Source: Boseongicola sp. SB0665_bin_10
GTDB lineage: Bacteria; Pseudomonadota; Alphaproteobacteria; Rhodobacterales; Rhodobacteraceae
DNA: 64,000 bases
Direction of reading: 5' to 3'
NCBI GenBank assembly: GCA_009838075.1
Contig: VXSG01000020.1
Location: forward strand, 25,276 to 89,275
A model generated the notes under the pieces. It searched no databases, was not told where the DNA came from, and saw only the letters and a program-made list of their open reading frames with translations. The translations under genes were made by a program, and so were the position numbers. This document shows positions 48,234 through 57,048 of the stretch, one piece after another; position 1 is the stretch's first letter; every line of letters starts with the position of its first letter.

Positions 48234-48605
48234 CCCGCCGTTGAAGGCGTTGCAGCCTGCGCCCTGGTTACGCGCATACGGACGTGTGGCCTCATGGATT
48301 ACCCATTATCGCCCTTGCAACTCCGATGGATCGATGGCGGCCAGCAAGACGTGGAACGGGCTGAATGTCTAATGTGCCGACAGGTTGTTGGATTCCGATA
48401 ATCACACCAGACCGGATCCGAAATATGGAGCGCCATTCGGCTACCAGGTTCACGTTTGGTCGTCGGTTCTGCGCGCTGTGCATGCACGGTTTTGGATCTG
48501 CAGCAAACTATGCCTCAGGGTGGTAAACCAACATTGTAGCTCACTGATCTGGAATGCCCCATCCGATTAGGTCCACCGTTATGCTTAGGGAACGGAGGAC
48601 AGAGA

Positions 48606-48917
48606 ATGGCGAACAAGCGGCACAAGCCCGAGGAAACAGTTCAGAAGTTGCGGCAGGTTGACATACTCGTCGGCCAAGGGATGCAGCGTGCGGATGCGAT
48701 CCGCGAAGCACGCATAACCGAGCAGACCCATTGCCGCTGGCGCAAGCAGTATGGCGGTATGGAAACCGACCAACTGAAGGAGCTCAAGCGTCTCCAGAAA
48801 GAGAATGAGCGGCTACGAAAGGCAGTGTCGGACCTGACCCTGGACAAGCTGATCCTGAAGGAAGCCGCCCGGGGAAACTTCCGAGCCCCGCCCGTCGGCG
48901 TGCCTGCATCGACCTGA
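48606..48917 (+). CDS. IS3-family transposase OrfA (HTH + leucine zipper)
   Basis: 'KRHKPEETVQKLRQVDILVGQGMQRADAIREARITEQTHCRWRKQYGGM' and 'LKELKRLQKENERLRKAVSDLTLDKLILKEA'. GGAGG RBS upstream. Confidence 0.9.
   Translation: MANKRHKPEETVQKLRQVDILVGQGMQRADAIREARITEQTHCRWRKQYGGMETDQLKELKRLQKENERLRKAVSDLTLDKLILKEAARGNFRAPPVGVPAST
48872..48878 (+). promoter_or_regulatory. candidate -1 programmed ribosomal frameshift heptamer G_GGA_AAC (X_XXY_YYZ in the orfA frame)
   Basis: orfA codons read CGG GGA AAC. After a -1 slip the frame is open and reads 'GKLPSPARRRACIDLIRSEMKVSERRIC...', straight into orfB. Confidence 0.6.
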
Positions 48918-48928
48918 TCCGAAGTGAG

Positions 48929-49732
48929 ATGAAGGTTTCCGAACGCAGGATCTGCCAGGTGTTGGGGCAGCATCGATCGACGCAAAGGTACTCTCCCCGA
49001 GGCAGGGAAGATGAAGACCGGCTTGTCGCGGACATGATCGAACTGGCGCGGCAATACGGCAGCTACGGATGCCGCCGTGTCGCCGTTCCACTGAGAGATG
49101 CGGGCTGGCTGGTCAGTGTCGGTCGTGTCGAGCGGCTATGGAAACGGGAGGGGCTGAAGGTGCCGCGCAAGCAGCCGAAGAAAAGTCGGCTCTGGCTGAA
49201 CGACGGATCGTGCATCCGTCGGAGGCCCGAACACCGCAACCACGTCTGGAGCCATGACTTCGTGCATTGCCGCACTGACGACGGTAAGGCCTTCCGTACC
49301 TTGAACATCCTCGATGAGTTCAGCCGGGAATGCCTGTCGGTCACGGTGAAGCGGAAGCTGAACTCGACCGACGCAATCGACGCTCTGACCAACCTCTTCA
49401 TTCTGAGAGGGCCGCCGACTTTTGTCCGCAGCGACAATGGCCCCGAGTTCGTGGCCAGGGACGTTCGGGCATGGATCGAAGCCGTCGGTGCAAAGACAGC
49501 CTTCATCGAACCAGGCAGTCCATGGGAGAACGATTATGTGGAGAGCTTCAACGCCAGGTTCCAGGACGAGCTACTGAACGGCGAACTGTTCTACTCGCCG
49601 AGGGAGGCTCAGATCATCATCGAAGGCTGGAGGAAACACTACAACACCAAGCGGCCGCACAGCGCACTCGGCTATCGGCCACCAGCCCCTGAAACCATCG
49701 TCCCGATGGACCAGAGGCCAGTCATGCACTAA
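48929..49732 (+). CDS. IS3-family transposase OrfB (DDE/rve integrase core), probably expressed as an OrfAB fusion
   Basis: 'HVWSHDFVHCRTDDGKAFRTLNILDEFSRECL', 'VRSDNGPEFVA' and 'PGSPWENDYVESFNARFQDELLN' carry the D,D(35)E signature. Confidence 0.9.
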   Translation: MKVSERRICQVLGQHRSTQRYSPRGREDEDRLVADMIELARQYGSYGCRRVAVPLRDAGWLVSVGRVERLWKREGLKVPRKQPKKSRLWLNDGSCIRRRPEHRNHVWSHDFVHCRTDDGKAFRTLNILDEFSRECLSVTVKRKLNSTDAIDALTNLFILRGPPTFVRSDNGPEFVARDVRAWIEAVGAKTAFIEPGSPWENDYVESFNARFQDELLNGELFYSPREAQIIIEGWRKHYNTKRPHSALGYRPPAPETIVPMDQRPVMH

Positions 49733-49913
49733 CAATCGGATCGGACCAGTCAGATCGGGCTAGCCAGTGAAGGAAAGCAAGATGCAGCGTTGCTTCTTGC
49801 ACCAGAGCATGAAAGGCAGTCTTGGCTGTGTCTGGGATCACCAGTCCGACTTTGATGCAATCAGGCAACACGTCCGTGGTGGTGTGAACAAGCCCGTGAC
49901 CTGCTGAGGAAAG

Positions 49914-51359
49914 ATGGCTATGGCTTCCTATCCTGAACTGAATCTCCTGATCAACGGAACGTGGCGAAAGGGCTCGGACGGCGTATCGGAGCCGGTGTTG
50001 AATCCGGCGACCGAGGAGACGCTCGGGGAGGTCCCGCACGCTTCCGTCTCGGACCTGAACGAAGCACTTGCCGCCGCCGAGAGCGGATTTGCCGTTTGGA
50101 AGGCAACGCCGCCGCATGAACGGGCACGAACGATTTGCGTTGCAGCGACTCTGGTCCGGGAAAGGCTCGAGGAGATTGCAACGGCGTTGACTCTCGAAAA
50201 CGGCAAGCCCATTGCCGAGGCGCGAAAGGAAGTTGCGGGGTCCGCCGACATTCTCGAATTCGCCGGAGAGCAGGCCAAGCGCGTGTTCGGAAACATTGTG
50301 CCCGGCCGCGTCCCCGGCGTCCGGCATCTGGTGCAGAAGGAGCCGGTGGGGGTCACGCTCTCGTTCACGCCCTGGAATTTTCCGATCAACACGTTCGCGC
50401 GCAAGATTGGCCCCGCCCTGGCGGTCGGATGTTCGATCGTGGCCAAGGCGGCGGAAGAGACACCCGCGTCGGCGGCTGCGATGGCAAAGGCGCTGGCCGA
50501 TGCCGGGCTTCCCGCGGGCGTGCTCAACCTGGTGTTCGGCGTGCCTGCCGAGGTCTCAAGTCACCTGATGTCCTCGCCTGCCGTGCGGAAGATCTCGTTC
50601 ACGGGTTCGGTTCCGGTCGGCAAGCACCTTGCCGGACTCGCCGCGCAGCGAATGCAGCGAACGACAATGGAACTGGGCGGGCATTCTCCGGTTGTCGTGT
50701 TTGACGATGTCGACATTGCCAAGGCGGCCGATCTCCTGGTGGCAGGCAAGTATCGCAACGCCGGACAGGTCTGCATTTCCCCGACGCGCTTCTACGTGCA
50801 GGAACGCATCTACGAAGACTTCATCGGCGCGTTCGTGGAGCGTGCCAAGGAAATCGTCGTCGGCGACGGCATGGACCCCGCCTCGCAGATGGGCCCGCTG
50901 ACAAACGACCGCCGACTGGACGCGATGGCGGAATTTGTCGACGACGCCGCATCCCGAGGGGCGACCATAGCCGCCGGGGGCGAACGGATCGGCAATCGCG
51001 GCTATTTCTTTGCTCCCACGGTGATCAAGGATGCTCCGGACGATTGCCGCGTCATGACGGAAGAACCGTTTGGCCCGCTTGCCCCAATGACACGCTTCTC
51101 CGGCATCGAGGAGGTTGCCGGGCGTGCGAATGCCCTGGAACTCGGCCTTGCCGCCTATGCGGTGACCCGGTCGCTGGACCGAGCGACGCGCATTTCAGAC
51201 GCGCTGCAAGCGGGAATGGTGGGAATCAACACGGTTGCCGTGGCCAGCCCCGAAGCACCATTCAGCGGTGTCAAGGAGAGCGGTTACGGAATTGAGGGTG
51301 GCCCCGACAGCCTGGATCCGTTCCTTGCGACGAAGGCCGTTGCGCAAACAAGCCTTTGA
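49914..51359 (+). CDS. NAD(P)-dependent aldehyde dehydrogenase (succinate-semialdehyde dehydrogenase-like)
   Basis: 'FTPWNFP', 'FTGSVPVGKHL', 'MELGGHSP' and 'NAGQVCISPTRFYV' (catalytic Glu and Cys contexts). Confidence 0.9.
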   Translation: MAMASYPELNLLINGTWRKGSDGVSEPVLNPATEETLGEVPHASVSDLNEALAAAESGFAVWKATPPHERARTICVAATLVRERLEEIATALTLENGKPIAEARKEVAGSADILEFAGEQAKRVFGNIVPGRVPGVRHLVQKEPVGVTLSFTPWNFPINTFARKIGPALAVGCSIVAKAAEETPASAAAMAKALADAGLPAGVLNLVFGVPAEVSSHLMSSPAVRKISFTGSVPVGKHLAGLAAQRMQRTTMELGGHSPVVVFDDVDIAKAADLLVAGKYRNAGQVCISPTRFYVQERIYEDFIGAFVERAKEIVVGDGMDPASQMGPLTNDRRLDAMAEFVDDAASRGATIAAGGERIGNRGYFFAPTVIKDAPDDCRVMTEEPFGPLAPMTRFSGIEEVAGRANALELGLAAYAVTRSLDRATRISDALQAGMVGINTVAVASPEAPFSGVKESGYGIEGGPDSLDPFLATKAVAQTSL

Positions 51360-51366
51360 GGCGCCA

Positions 51367-51600
51367 TCATTCTGCCATCCCAAAGTCGACCAGGCTCCTC
51401 AGGACCTTGCCGTCCCGCGTGACGGCAATCCCGTCGTTGATGTCCTCCAGCCGGAATTCCTGCGAGATGAGCGCGGCGCGACTCATTCGGCCGTGCCTAT
51501 GGAGTTCGATGATCTGGAGCATGTCCGCCCGGAACCGGTTCGAGCCGAGAAGCGAGCCCTGGACCTTGCGCTTGCGCAGGAAGTCGCGGGTCCTGTCAGT
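51367..51600 (-). pseudogene. C-terminal fragment (~78 aa) of a Zn-dependent alcohol dehydrogenase gene
   Basis: Hand translation: 'TDRTRDFLRKRKVQGSLLGSNRFRADMLQIIELHRHGRMSRAALISQEFRLEDINDGIAVTRDGKVLRSLVDFGMAE*'. It has no start codon. The pattern matches MDR/Zn-ADH C-termini (..GS..G.....d....++l...G++....lI.....LedIN.......g...R.++.f). Confidence 0.55.
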
Positions 51601-51851
51601 TCAATCGTCTCGTCCTCGCGGAACAGTCCGACCATGCTACCGTCCGTGGGGTCACGGGCGTGCAAGTGCAATATGGCGGCCCCCGCCTCCGCGGTGCCCA
51701 AGGCGTCCGCCCCGATCTGATCGGGAGTGAGCGGCAAATGCGGAGACATGGAAGGACCATGGATCGCCTCTGTCGTCATGCAGGTGATGATGACCTTTCC
51801 CCGATAGCCGTGCACATTGCCTGGGATCAGAGGGATTCGACGTTGCCACAC
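51601..51851 (-). pseudogene. N-terminal fragment (~60 aa) of a BKACE/DUF849 (3-keto-5-aminohexanoate cleavage enzyme family) gene
   Basis: ORF 51483-51851: 'KVIITCMTTEAIHGPSMSPHLPLTPDQIGADALGTAEAGAAILHLHARDPTDGS' matches the BKACE N-terminal consensus. Similarity is lost near 51600, where the ADH frame begins. Confidence 0.6.
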
Positions 51852-52621
51852 ACGCCCAGCGCCTGCCCGGAAATGTTGCGGCCAGCCGGCGAGCAGAGGA
51901 ACAAGACCATGTTGGCCACGTCATCAGCGCTCACCATCCTGCGGAGAGAAACCTTGCCGAGATACTCGTCGCGCACTTCGTCAAAGCTGGTGCCGATGGC
52001 ATCCGCACGCGCCTGGATCACCCTGTCAATGCGCGGACCTTCGACAACGCCAGGGAGAATTGCATTCACGCGAACGCCATCGGGGCCCATTTCGATCGCG
52101 AGACTCTTGGTGAAGCCGACGACAGCCCATTTGGACGCCGCATATGGCGTGCGGTTTGCGTAGCCCAACCGCCCGGCCACGGAAGAGATGTTGATGATCA
52201 CGCCATTTTTCGAGGCCTTGAGCGCAGGGGCCGCCTTGCGCGCGCAGTAGAATTGACCCGTGAGATTGATCGCGATCGTGGCTTCCCAATCGGTCGGATC
52301 AATGTCTTCAACCTTTGCCGTCGGACCCGCAATGCCAGCATTGTTCACCAGAACATCGAGTCCACCGAACTCGGTCGTGACCTCTTCAAGGAACGCATCG
52401 ACGCCTGCGCGATCCGAAACGTCCACGACGCGGGCAATGATTTCCGGATGTGCGGAACGCATGGCGCGAACCTTGTCTCCGGCCACGTCGAACGCGGCGA
52501 CCCTTGCTCCAGCTCCGATCAGCGCCTCGACGATCGAGCGGCCGATGCCTGCCGCCCCGGCAGACACGACCGCGCGCAGGCCAGTCAGCGAAACGCCAAG
52601 CCTAGCTCCATTCTTGTCCAA
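51827..52621 (-). CDS. SDR family oxidoreductase
   Basis: 'AVVSAGAAGIGRSIVEAL', 'NNAG' and 'YAASKWAVVGFTKSLA'. Confidence 0.85.
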   Translation of the reverse strand: MDKNGARLGVSLTGLRAVVSAGAAGIGRSIVEALIGAGARVAAFDVAGDKVRAMRSAHPEIIARVVDVSDRAGVDAFLEEVTTEFGGLDVLVNNAGIAGPTAKVEDIDPTDWEATIAINLTGQFYCARKAAPALKASKNGVIINISSVAGRLGYANRTPYAASKWAVVGFTKSLAIEMGPDGVRVNAILPGVVEGPRIDRVIQARADAIGTSFDEVRDEYLGKVSLRRMVSADDVANMVLFLCSPAGRNISGQALGVCGNVESL

Positions 52622-52633
52622 GACAACGCTCCC

Positions 52634-53167
52634 TCAATCCAAATGTGCCAGCACGTCCATGGAATTGGGCAACCACAGGACAACGTCCGGCAACAGCGTC
52701 AGCGAGAAGATCACGATGACCTCAACGATGACGACCGCAATGATGCCGCGATAGATCGTGGCCGCGGACATGTTGATGCCGGCTGGTGGCGTGATCTGCC
52801 CCATTTCTATCATGATCACCATGATGACACCGAACCACATGGGTTCAAACCGAAAGCCGACGACCGTTGGAAACAGGATCGGCAGGGTCAGCATGATCGT
52901 CGGAATGATGTTCGTCACCATGCCGAGCATCAAATAGCGCACAAGGATGAGCACGTAGACGACATAGCTTGAGACATCGGCCATGTTCAGGAAGTTCGCA
53001 GATTGCAGCGGAAAGTCCGTCAAGGTGATGAAGTAGCCAAGCAGTCCTGCCCCAACGAGGATCGTGAAGTTCATGGTACTGTTCGTCGCGGATTCGAGAA
53101 TGGCCCGTGACGATTGAATCCTCTCGCGAAAATTGAGATCAGGAGCGCGCAGCCTCGCGGAGGCAGA
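52634..53167 (-). pseudogene. C-terminal ~150-175 codons of a TRAP large-permease (DctM) gene, 5'-truncated
   Basis: ORF 52634-53074 plus an in-frame upstream extension: '...AILESATNSTMNFTILVGAGLLGYFITL...IPTIMLTLPILFPTV...FGVIMVIMIEMGQITPPAGINM'. This is the last third of DctM. An in-frame stop lies at 53168-53170 and nothing DctM-like lies upstream. Confidence 0.7.
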
Positions 53168-53403
53168 TCATCAATCTGGTGACGTTGATCGCGATCAGCC
53201 TAGAGATCGCTTCAAGGTTCAGGTCGCGAACCATGTCGCCGACGATGGTCCCGGCAGCATGCAGCATACCTGTCGTCGGACGTCGCGAAGGCCGAAATTG
53301 GCCGTACTGGTTCCAACAAAATTCTTGACTAATTGAGGTACGACTGCCATTTTCGCTATGCAGAATGACTGTGCTGACATATGGAACGACAGGGAGTTGG
53401 AAA

Positions 53404-54444
53404 ATGACCATGAAGCGCGGATGGATTGCGGCAGCGGTTGCCGCCGCTGGCTTGTCAGGGATCGGAACCTTGGCTTTCGCAGAAAGCACAACGCTGAAGA
53501 CGGTGCAGGACCGGGGCACGCTTTTGTGCTCCGGCCACAATGGCAGCTACTTCGGATTTGTCGAAGTGAACGACAAGAACGAGTGGAAAGGGCTCGACAT
53601 CGACCTGTGCCGTGCACTGACCGTGGCAATCCTGGGTGACCCGGACAAGAACCAGATCGTGCCGCTTAGCTGGGCGCAGCGTTTCCCGGCGCTTCAGTCG
53701 GGCGACGTCGATGTCGTCATCAAGGCCACGGGCTGGACCATGGGTCGCGACACGGAGTTGGGCCTCCAGTTCTCGATTCCCTACTTCTTCGGCGGCGCAC
53801 AGTTGATGGTCCGCAAGGAACTCGGAATCAGTACGGCAAGCGAGCTTGGCGGAGGCACCGTCTGCGTGGCCGCCGGAACCACGATCGAACGCATTGTCGC
53901 TGATCACCTGAAGGCCGAGAACGTCGAGCACACGATGGTCAGCTTCGAGAAGACGGCCGAGGTGATCGGCGCGTACAAGGCCGGACGTTGCGACGCCTAC
54001 GCGGCCTGGGGTCCGTCCATCGCCGTCTTGCTGGCAAACCAGTTCGAAGACGCCGATTCCCATGTCATTCTCGCCGACAAGCTCTCGGCCGAACCCATCG
54101 CTGCCGCGATGCGTCAGGGTGACGAGGACTGGGTCGATATCGTGAACTGGATGCTGGCAGCGCTGATCAAGGCGGAAGAGCTCGGCGTAACGTCTTCGAA
54201 CGTCGACGAAATGGTCGCAAACCCGCCGAACCCCACCGTAGCCCGTCTGCTGGGCGTCGACGCCGGCATGGGCGAGCGCCTCGGCTTGCGCGACACATGG
54301 GCGCGCGAAATGATCGCGGCAATGGGCAACTTCGCGGAGATCTACGACCGGAACCTTGGCGAAGGGTCGCCCTACAAGCTCGAGCGGGGCCTGAACAACC
54401 TCTGGAGCAACGGTGGCGTGCTCTATACGCCGATCCTTGACTGA
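53404..54444 (+). CDS. aapJ: general L-amino acid ABC transporter substrate-binding protein (AapJ/BztA-like)
   Basis: ATG 53404 within ORF 53365-54444. Signal peptide 'MTMKRGWIAAAVAAAGLSGIGTLAFA', plus 'GLDIDLCRALTVAILGD' and 'TGWTMGRDTELGLQFS'. Confidence 0.8.
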   Translation: MTMKRGWIAAAVAAAGLSGIGTLAFAESTTLKTVQDRGTLLCSGHNGSYFGFVEVNDKNEWKGLDIDLCRALTVAILGDPDKNQIVPLSWAQRFPALQSGDVDVVIKATGWTMGRDTELGLQFSIPYFFGGAQLMVRKELGISTASELGGGTVCVAAGTTIERIVADHLKAENVEHTMVSFEKTAEVIGAYKAGRCDAYAAWGPSIAVLLANQFEDADSHVILADKLSAEPIAAAMRQGDEDWVDIVNWMLAALIKAEELGVTSSNVDEMVANPPNPTVARLLGVDAGMGERLGLRDTWAREMIAAMGNFAEIYDRNLGEGSPYKLERGLNNLWSNGGVLYTPILD

Positions 54445-54463
54445 TCCGGACCAATTGCTCGAA

Positions 54464-54488
54464 GGCCGTCCCCTTCCAGGGGGCGGCC
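54464..54488 (+). terminator. strong intercistronic hairpin after aapJ (10-bp stem with one G-U pair, 5-nt loop)
   Basis: 'GGCCGTCCCC-ttcca-GGGGGCGGCC', 20 nt after the aapJ stop. Typical position for an attenuator or mRNA-stabilising stem after an SBP gene. Confidence 0.5.
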
Positions 54489-54508
54489 TAACCGGTTAGG
54501 GTCAGGTC

Positions 54509-55648
54509 ATGCTTGGGTGGCGAGACTTCCACCGCATGAAGGCGCGGGAAATCGCGGTCCAGGCCGGGCTGGTCCTTCTCGTGCTGGTCATCGTGATCGG
54601 CTCCGTCCGCAGCGCGCAGGTCAACCTTGCCACGCTTGGCATCACCTCGGGTTTCTCGTTCCTCGACCGTTCGACCGGGTGGAGCTACAGCTTCTCCCTG
54701 CTCGAGCGTTCCATCGATGATCCCTACGCGCGGACGCTGCTGATCGGGTTTCTGAACACGGTTTTCGTGGGCTCAATCTCGATTGTCCTTGCGACAATCC
54801 TCGGATTCGTCATCGGCACGATGCGGGACAACCGGAATATTGGCCTGCAAGTTATTTCAAGCGTTTACATCCAGATCTTCAGGAACATCCCGCTCATCCT
54901 CCAGGTCGTGTTCCTCTACGCGCTGCTCATTCACTTCCCGGGCCCGCGACAGGCATATTCGATCTCGGACACTGTCTTCATGTCCAACCGCGGCATCATG
55001 ATGCCCGTTCTTTCCCTGCCGCTCGGCGCAGTGGCGGGAGTCGTCCTGGGATCAGTCCTGCTCGGCATCGGCGCGGCGCGCCATGCCGGTTCGACGCGGC
55101 GGGCGCTGGCCGTCTGGCTGGCCGGAACCGTCGTCCTCTTCGTTGCGGCGGCGATTCTGCTCACGCCTGACGGTCGGGACCTGGTCTCCTACCCCGAACT
55201 CAAGGGGCTTCGTTTCGTGGGCGGGCTGACGCTGTCCGTCGAGCTGGTCGCGATGATCGTGGGCATCGTGCTCTATGGCGCTGCCTACATTGGTGAAGTC
55301 GTGCGAGGCGGCCTTGCGGAAGTCCCGAGAGGCCTGCGCGAGGCCGGGGAAAGCCTTGGCCTCGGGGCCTTCGCGGTTTGGTGGACCATCCGGGTGCCCA
55401 TGGCCCTGCGCTCGATCATTCCGCCGCTTGGCAACCAGTGGATCTTCATAATGAAGGCCACGACGGTCGGCGTCGCCATCGGTTTCTCCGACCTGTTCTA
55501 CATCGTGTCGACCTCCATCACGCAATCCGGCCAGACGCTCGAGCTCATAGCCATTCTTATGGGGGCGTTCCTCCTGGTGAACTTCGCGCTTGCCCAGGCC
55601 GTGAACTGGCTGAACGCGCGCCTCGCGCTGAAGGGATACGGGTCGTGA
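54509..55648 (+). CDS. aapQ: amino acid ABC transporter permease (AapQ/BztB-like)
   Basis: 379-aa polytopic protein with an EAA-like loop 'YIGEVVRGGLAEVPRGLREAGESLGL'. Confidence 0.85.
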   Translation: MLGWRDFHRMKAREIAVQAGLVLLVLVIVIGSVRSAQVNLATLGITSGFSFLDRSTGWSYSFSLLERSIDDPYARTLLIGFLNTVFVGSISIVLATILGFVIGTMRDNRNIGLQVISSVYIQIFRNIPLILQVVFLYALLIHFPGPRQAYSISDTVFMSNRGIMMPVLSLPLGAVAGVVLGSVLLGIGAARHAGSTRRALAVWLAGTVVLFVAAAILLTPDGRDLVSYPELKGLRFVGGLTLSVELVAMIVGIVLYGAAYIGEVVRGGLAEVPRGLREAGESLGLGAFAVWWTIRVPMALRSIIPPLGNQWIFIMKATTVGVAIGFSDLFYIVSTSITQSGQTLELIAILMGAFLLVNFALAQAVNWLNARLALKGYGS

Positions 55649-56715
55649 ACGCCGCGCCGCCGGCCATAGGCGCGTTTGAGCGGCTGCAGCGCCGTGCTTT
55701 CCGCACGCCGCTCGACGGTCTCGTTACACTGGTCTTCGTGGCGCTTCTCGCAGGGCTGGCGTGGCAGGCGATCGACTGGGGCGTCCTGCGCGCGGTCTGG
55801 CGCGCCGAAGACGTGGCGCTTTGCCGCGAGGCGGCCTCGGGCGCGTGCTGGTCGATCATAGATGCAAGGCACCGCCTCATCCTGTTCGGCCTTTACCCAT
55901 TCGACGAACACTGGCGCTCCACGTCCGCCGCCGTCGCCATCATCGCCACCGTGGTCCTGTCCTGCATCCCGTGGTTCTGGACCACGCGGCGGCTGGTTTC
56001 GCTCTGGATCGCGGGGTTCGCGACCTACTATCTGCTGATGGACGGCAGCCTCCTTGGAATGGCACAGGTGACGACCGACAAATGGGGCGGGCTGTCGCTG
56101 GTCCTGTTCCTCTTCTCGACCGTCGTGCTGATCGGCATGCCGACTGGGCTGGGGCTGGCGCTGATGCGCCGCTCGCGCCTGCCGGTGCTGCGGCTGGTGG
56201 CTTCCCTTCTGATCGACTTCATCCGCTCCCTGCCGCTCTTGACGACGCTCTTCACCGCGGCCGTCGTCGTGCCGATCCTGCTCCCGGACTGGCTGCAGGG
56301 TGACAAGATATGGCGAATCATCATCGCGTTCTCGCTGTTCTTCGCATGCTACCAGGCCGAAGTGTTCCGCGGCGGCTTCCAGGCGATCCCGAGCGGGCAG
56401 TTCGAGGCCGGCATGGCCCTGGGCCTTGGGAAATGGCAGGCGCTCGGGCTGATCATCCTGCCACAGGTGTTTCGGCACGCCCTGCCCGCCACGATCAACA
56501 TGGTCGTCGTGACGTTCAAGGAAACGGCCGTCGTGATTATCATCGGCCTCTTCGACCTTCTCGCCTCCGCCCAGGCGGCGTTCGGAACGGGCGACTGGGT
56601 CGCCTACTACATGGAGACCTACATTTTCGTGGCGTTGATCTACTGGGCGTTCATCACGTCACTCGGGCGCTATGGCGAATTCGTGAAGGACCGCATGAAG
56701 CAGGACGAGCATTGA
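55645..56715 (+). CDS. aapM: amino acid ABC transporter permease (AapM/BztC-like)
   Basis: In-frame GTG 55645 overlaps the aapQ stop (GTGA). EAA-like loop 'YQAEVFRGGFQAIPSGQFEAGMALGL'. The C-terminus looks complete. Confidence 0.85.
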   Translation: MNAAPPAIGAFERLQRRAFRTPLDGLVTLVFVALLAGLAWQAIDWGVLRAVWRAEDVALCREAASGACWSIIDARHRLILFGLYPFDEHWRSTSAAVAIIATVVLSCIPWFWTTRRLVSLWIAGFATYYLLMDGSLLGMAQVTTDKWGGLSLVLFLFSTVVLIGMPTGLGLALMRRSRLPVLRLVASLLIDFIRSLPLLTTLFTAAVVVPILLPDWLQGDKIWRIIIAFSLFFACYQAEVFRGGFQAIPSGQFEAGMALGLGKWQALGLIILPQVFRHALPATINMVVVTFKETAVVIIIGLFDLLASAQAAFGTGDWVAYYMETYIFVALIYWAFITSLGRYGEFVKDRMKQDEH

Positions 56716-56728
56716 GCGGTCACTTGAT

Positions 56729-56956
56729 TTATTCCGCAACGAGCGCAACATCGGCGCCCGCCGCCCGAAAACGGCCCAAGTTGCCGTAGAGCGCGCGCAG
56801 CATGATGCCCCGCGCGCCGTTCATGTCCCGGTCGACGACGATGCTGCCGTCCGAAACCGTCTTTGCGCCGCCAAGGTTCTCGTTCACGAAGCCGTCCCAT
56901 GAGCGTGTCCTGCTCGTGTAGGCTTCGTTGCAGATCACCAAACGCTTGCCGTATAA
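56729..56956 (-). pseudogene. C-terminal fragment of a TnpB-type (IS200/IS605/IS607-associated) gene with all four zinc-finger Cys positions substituted
   Basis: 'LYGKRLVICNEAYTSRTRSWDGFVNENLGGAKTVSDGSIVVDRDMNGARGIMLRALYG'. The expected pattern is '..E.yTSktCs.CG.....l...k.f.C..Cg...dRD.NgA.nI'. The RuvC-II Glu and RuvC-III Asp contexts are kept. Confidence 0.55.
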
Positions 56957-57048
56957 TGGGAACCATATGGCTATGGGAACCCTTGACCCTAAGTGCCTGT
57001 CATGACGCGCCCTTTGCCCTGATCAGGTTCCCGTAAAAACATGCTCCA

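Larger units (their letters stand above)
48545..49756 (+). mobile_element. IS3-family insertion sequence (~1.2 kb), apparently intact
   Basis: orfA and orfB lie in the 0/-1 frame arrangement. Imperfect terminal inverted repeats: left 'TGATCTGGAATGCCCCATCCGATTAG', right (reverse complement) 'CGATCTGACTGGTCCGATCCGATTGT'. Boundaries are +/- a few nt. Confidence 0.75.

Noticed and set aside
13298-56956. The TnpB N-terminal stub (plus strand, 13.3 kb) and the TnpB C-terminal stub (minus strand, 56.8 kb) have exactly the geometry expected if a single tnpB gene had been split by a ~43.5-kb inversion.
   Set aside because: Undoing that inversion would break ntrX away from trkA-trkH-hfq-hflX. The present same-strand ntrBC-ntrYX-trkA(H)-hfq-hflX order is the conserved alphaproteobacterial arrangement, so the current order is ancestral. 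The two stubs are more simply remnants of separate insertions. A genome-wide comparison of tnpB copies would settle it.
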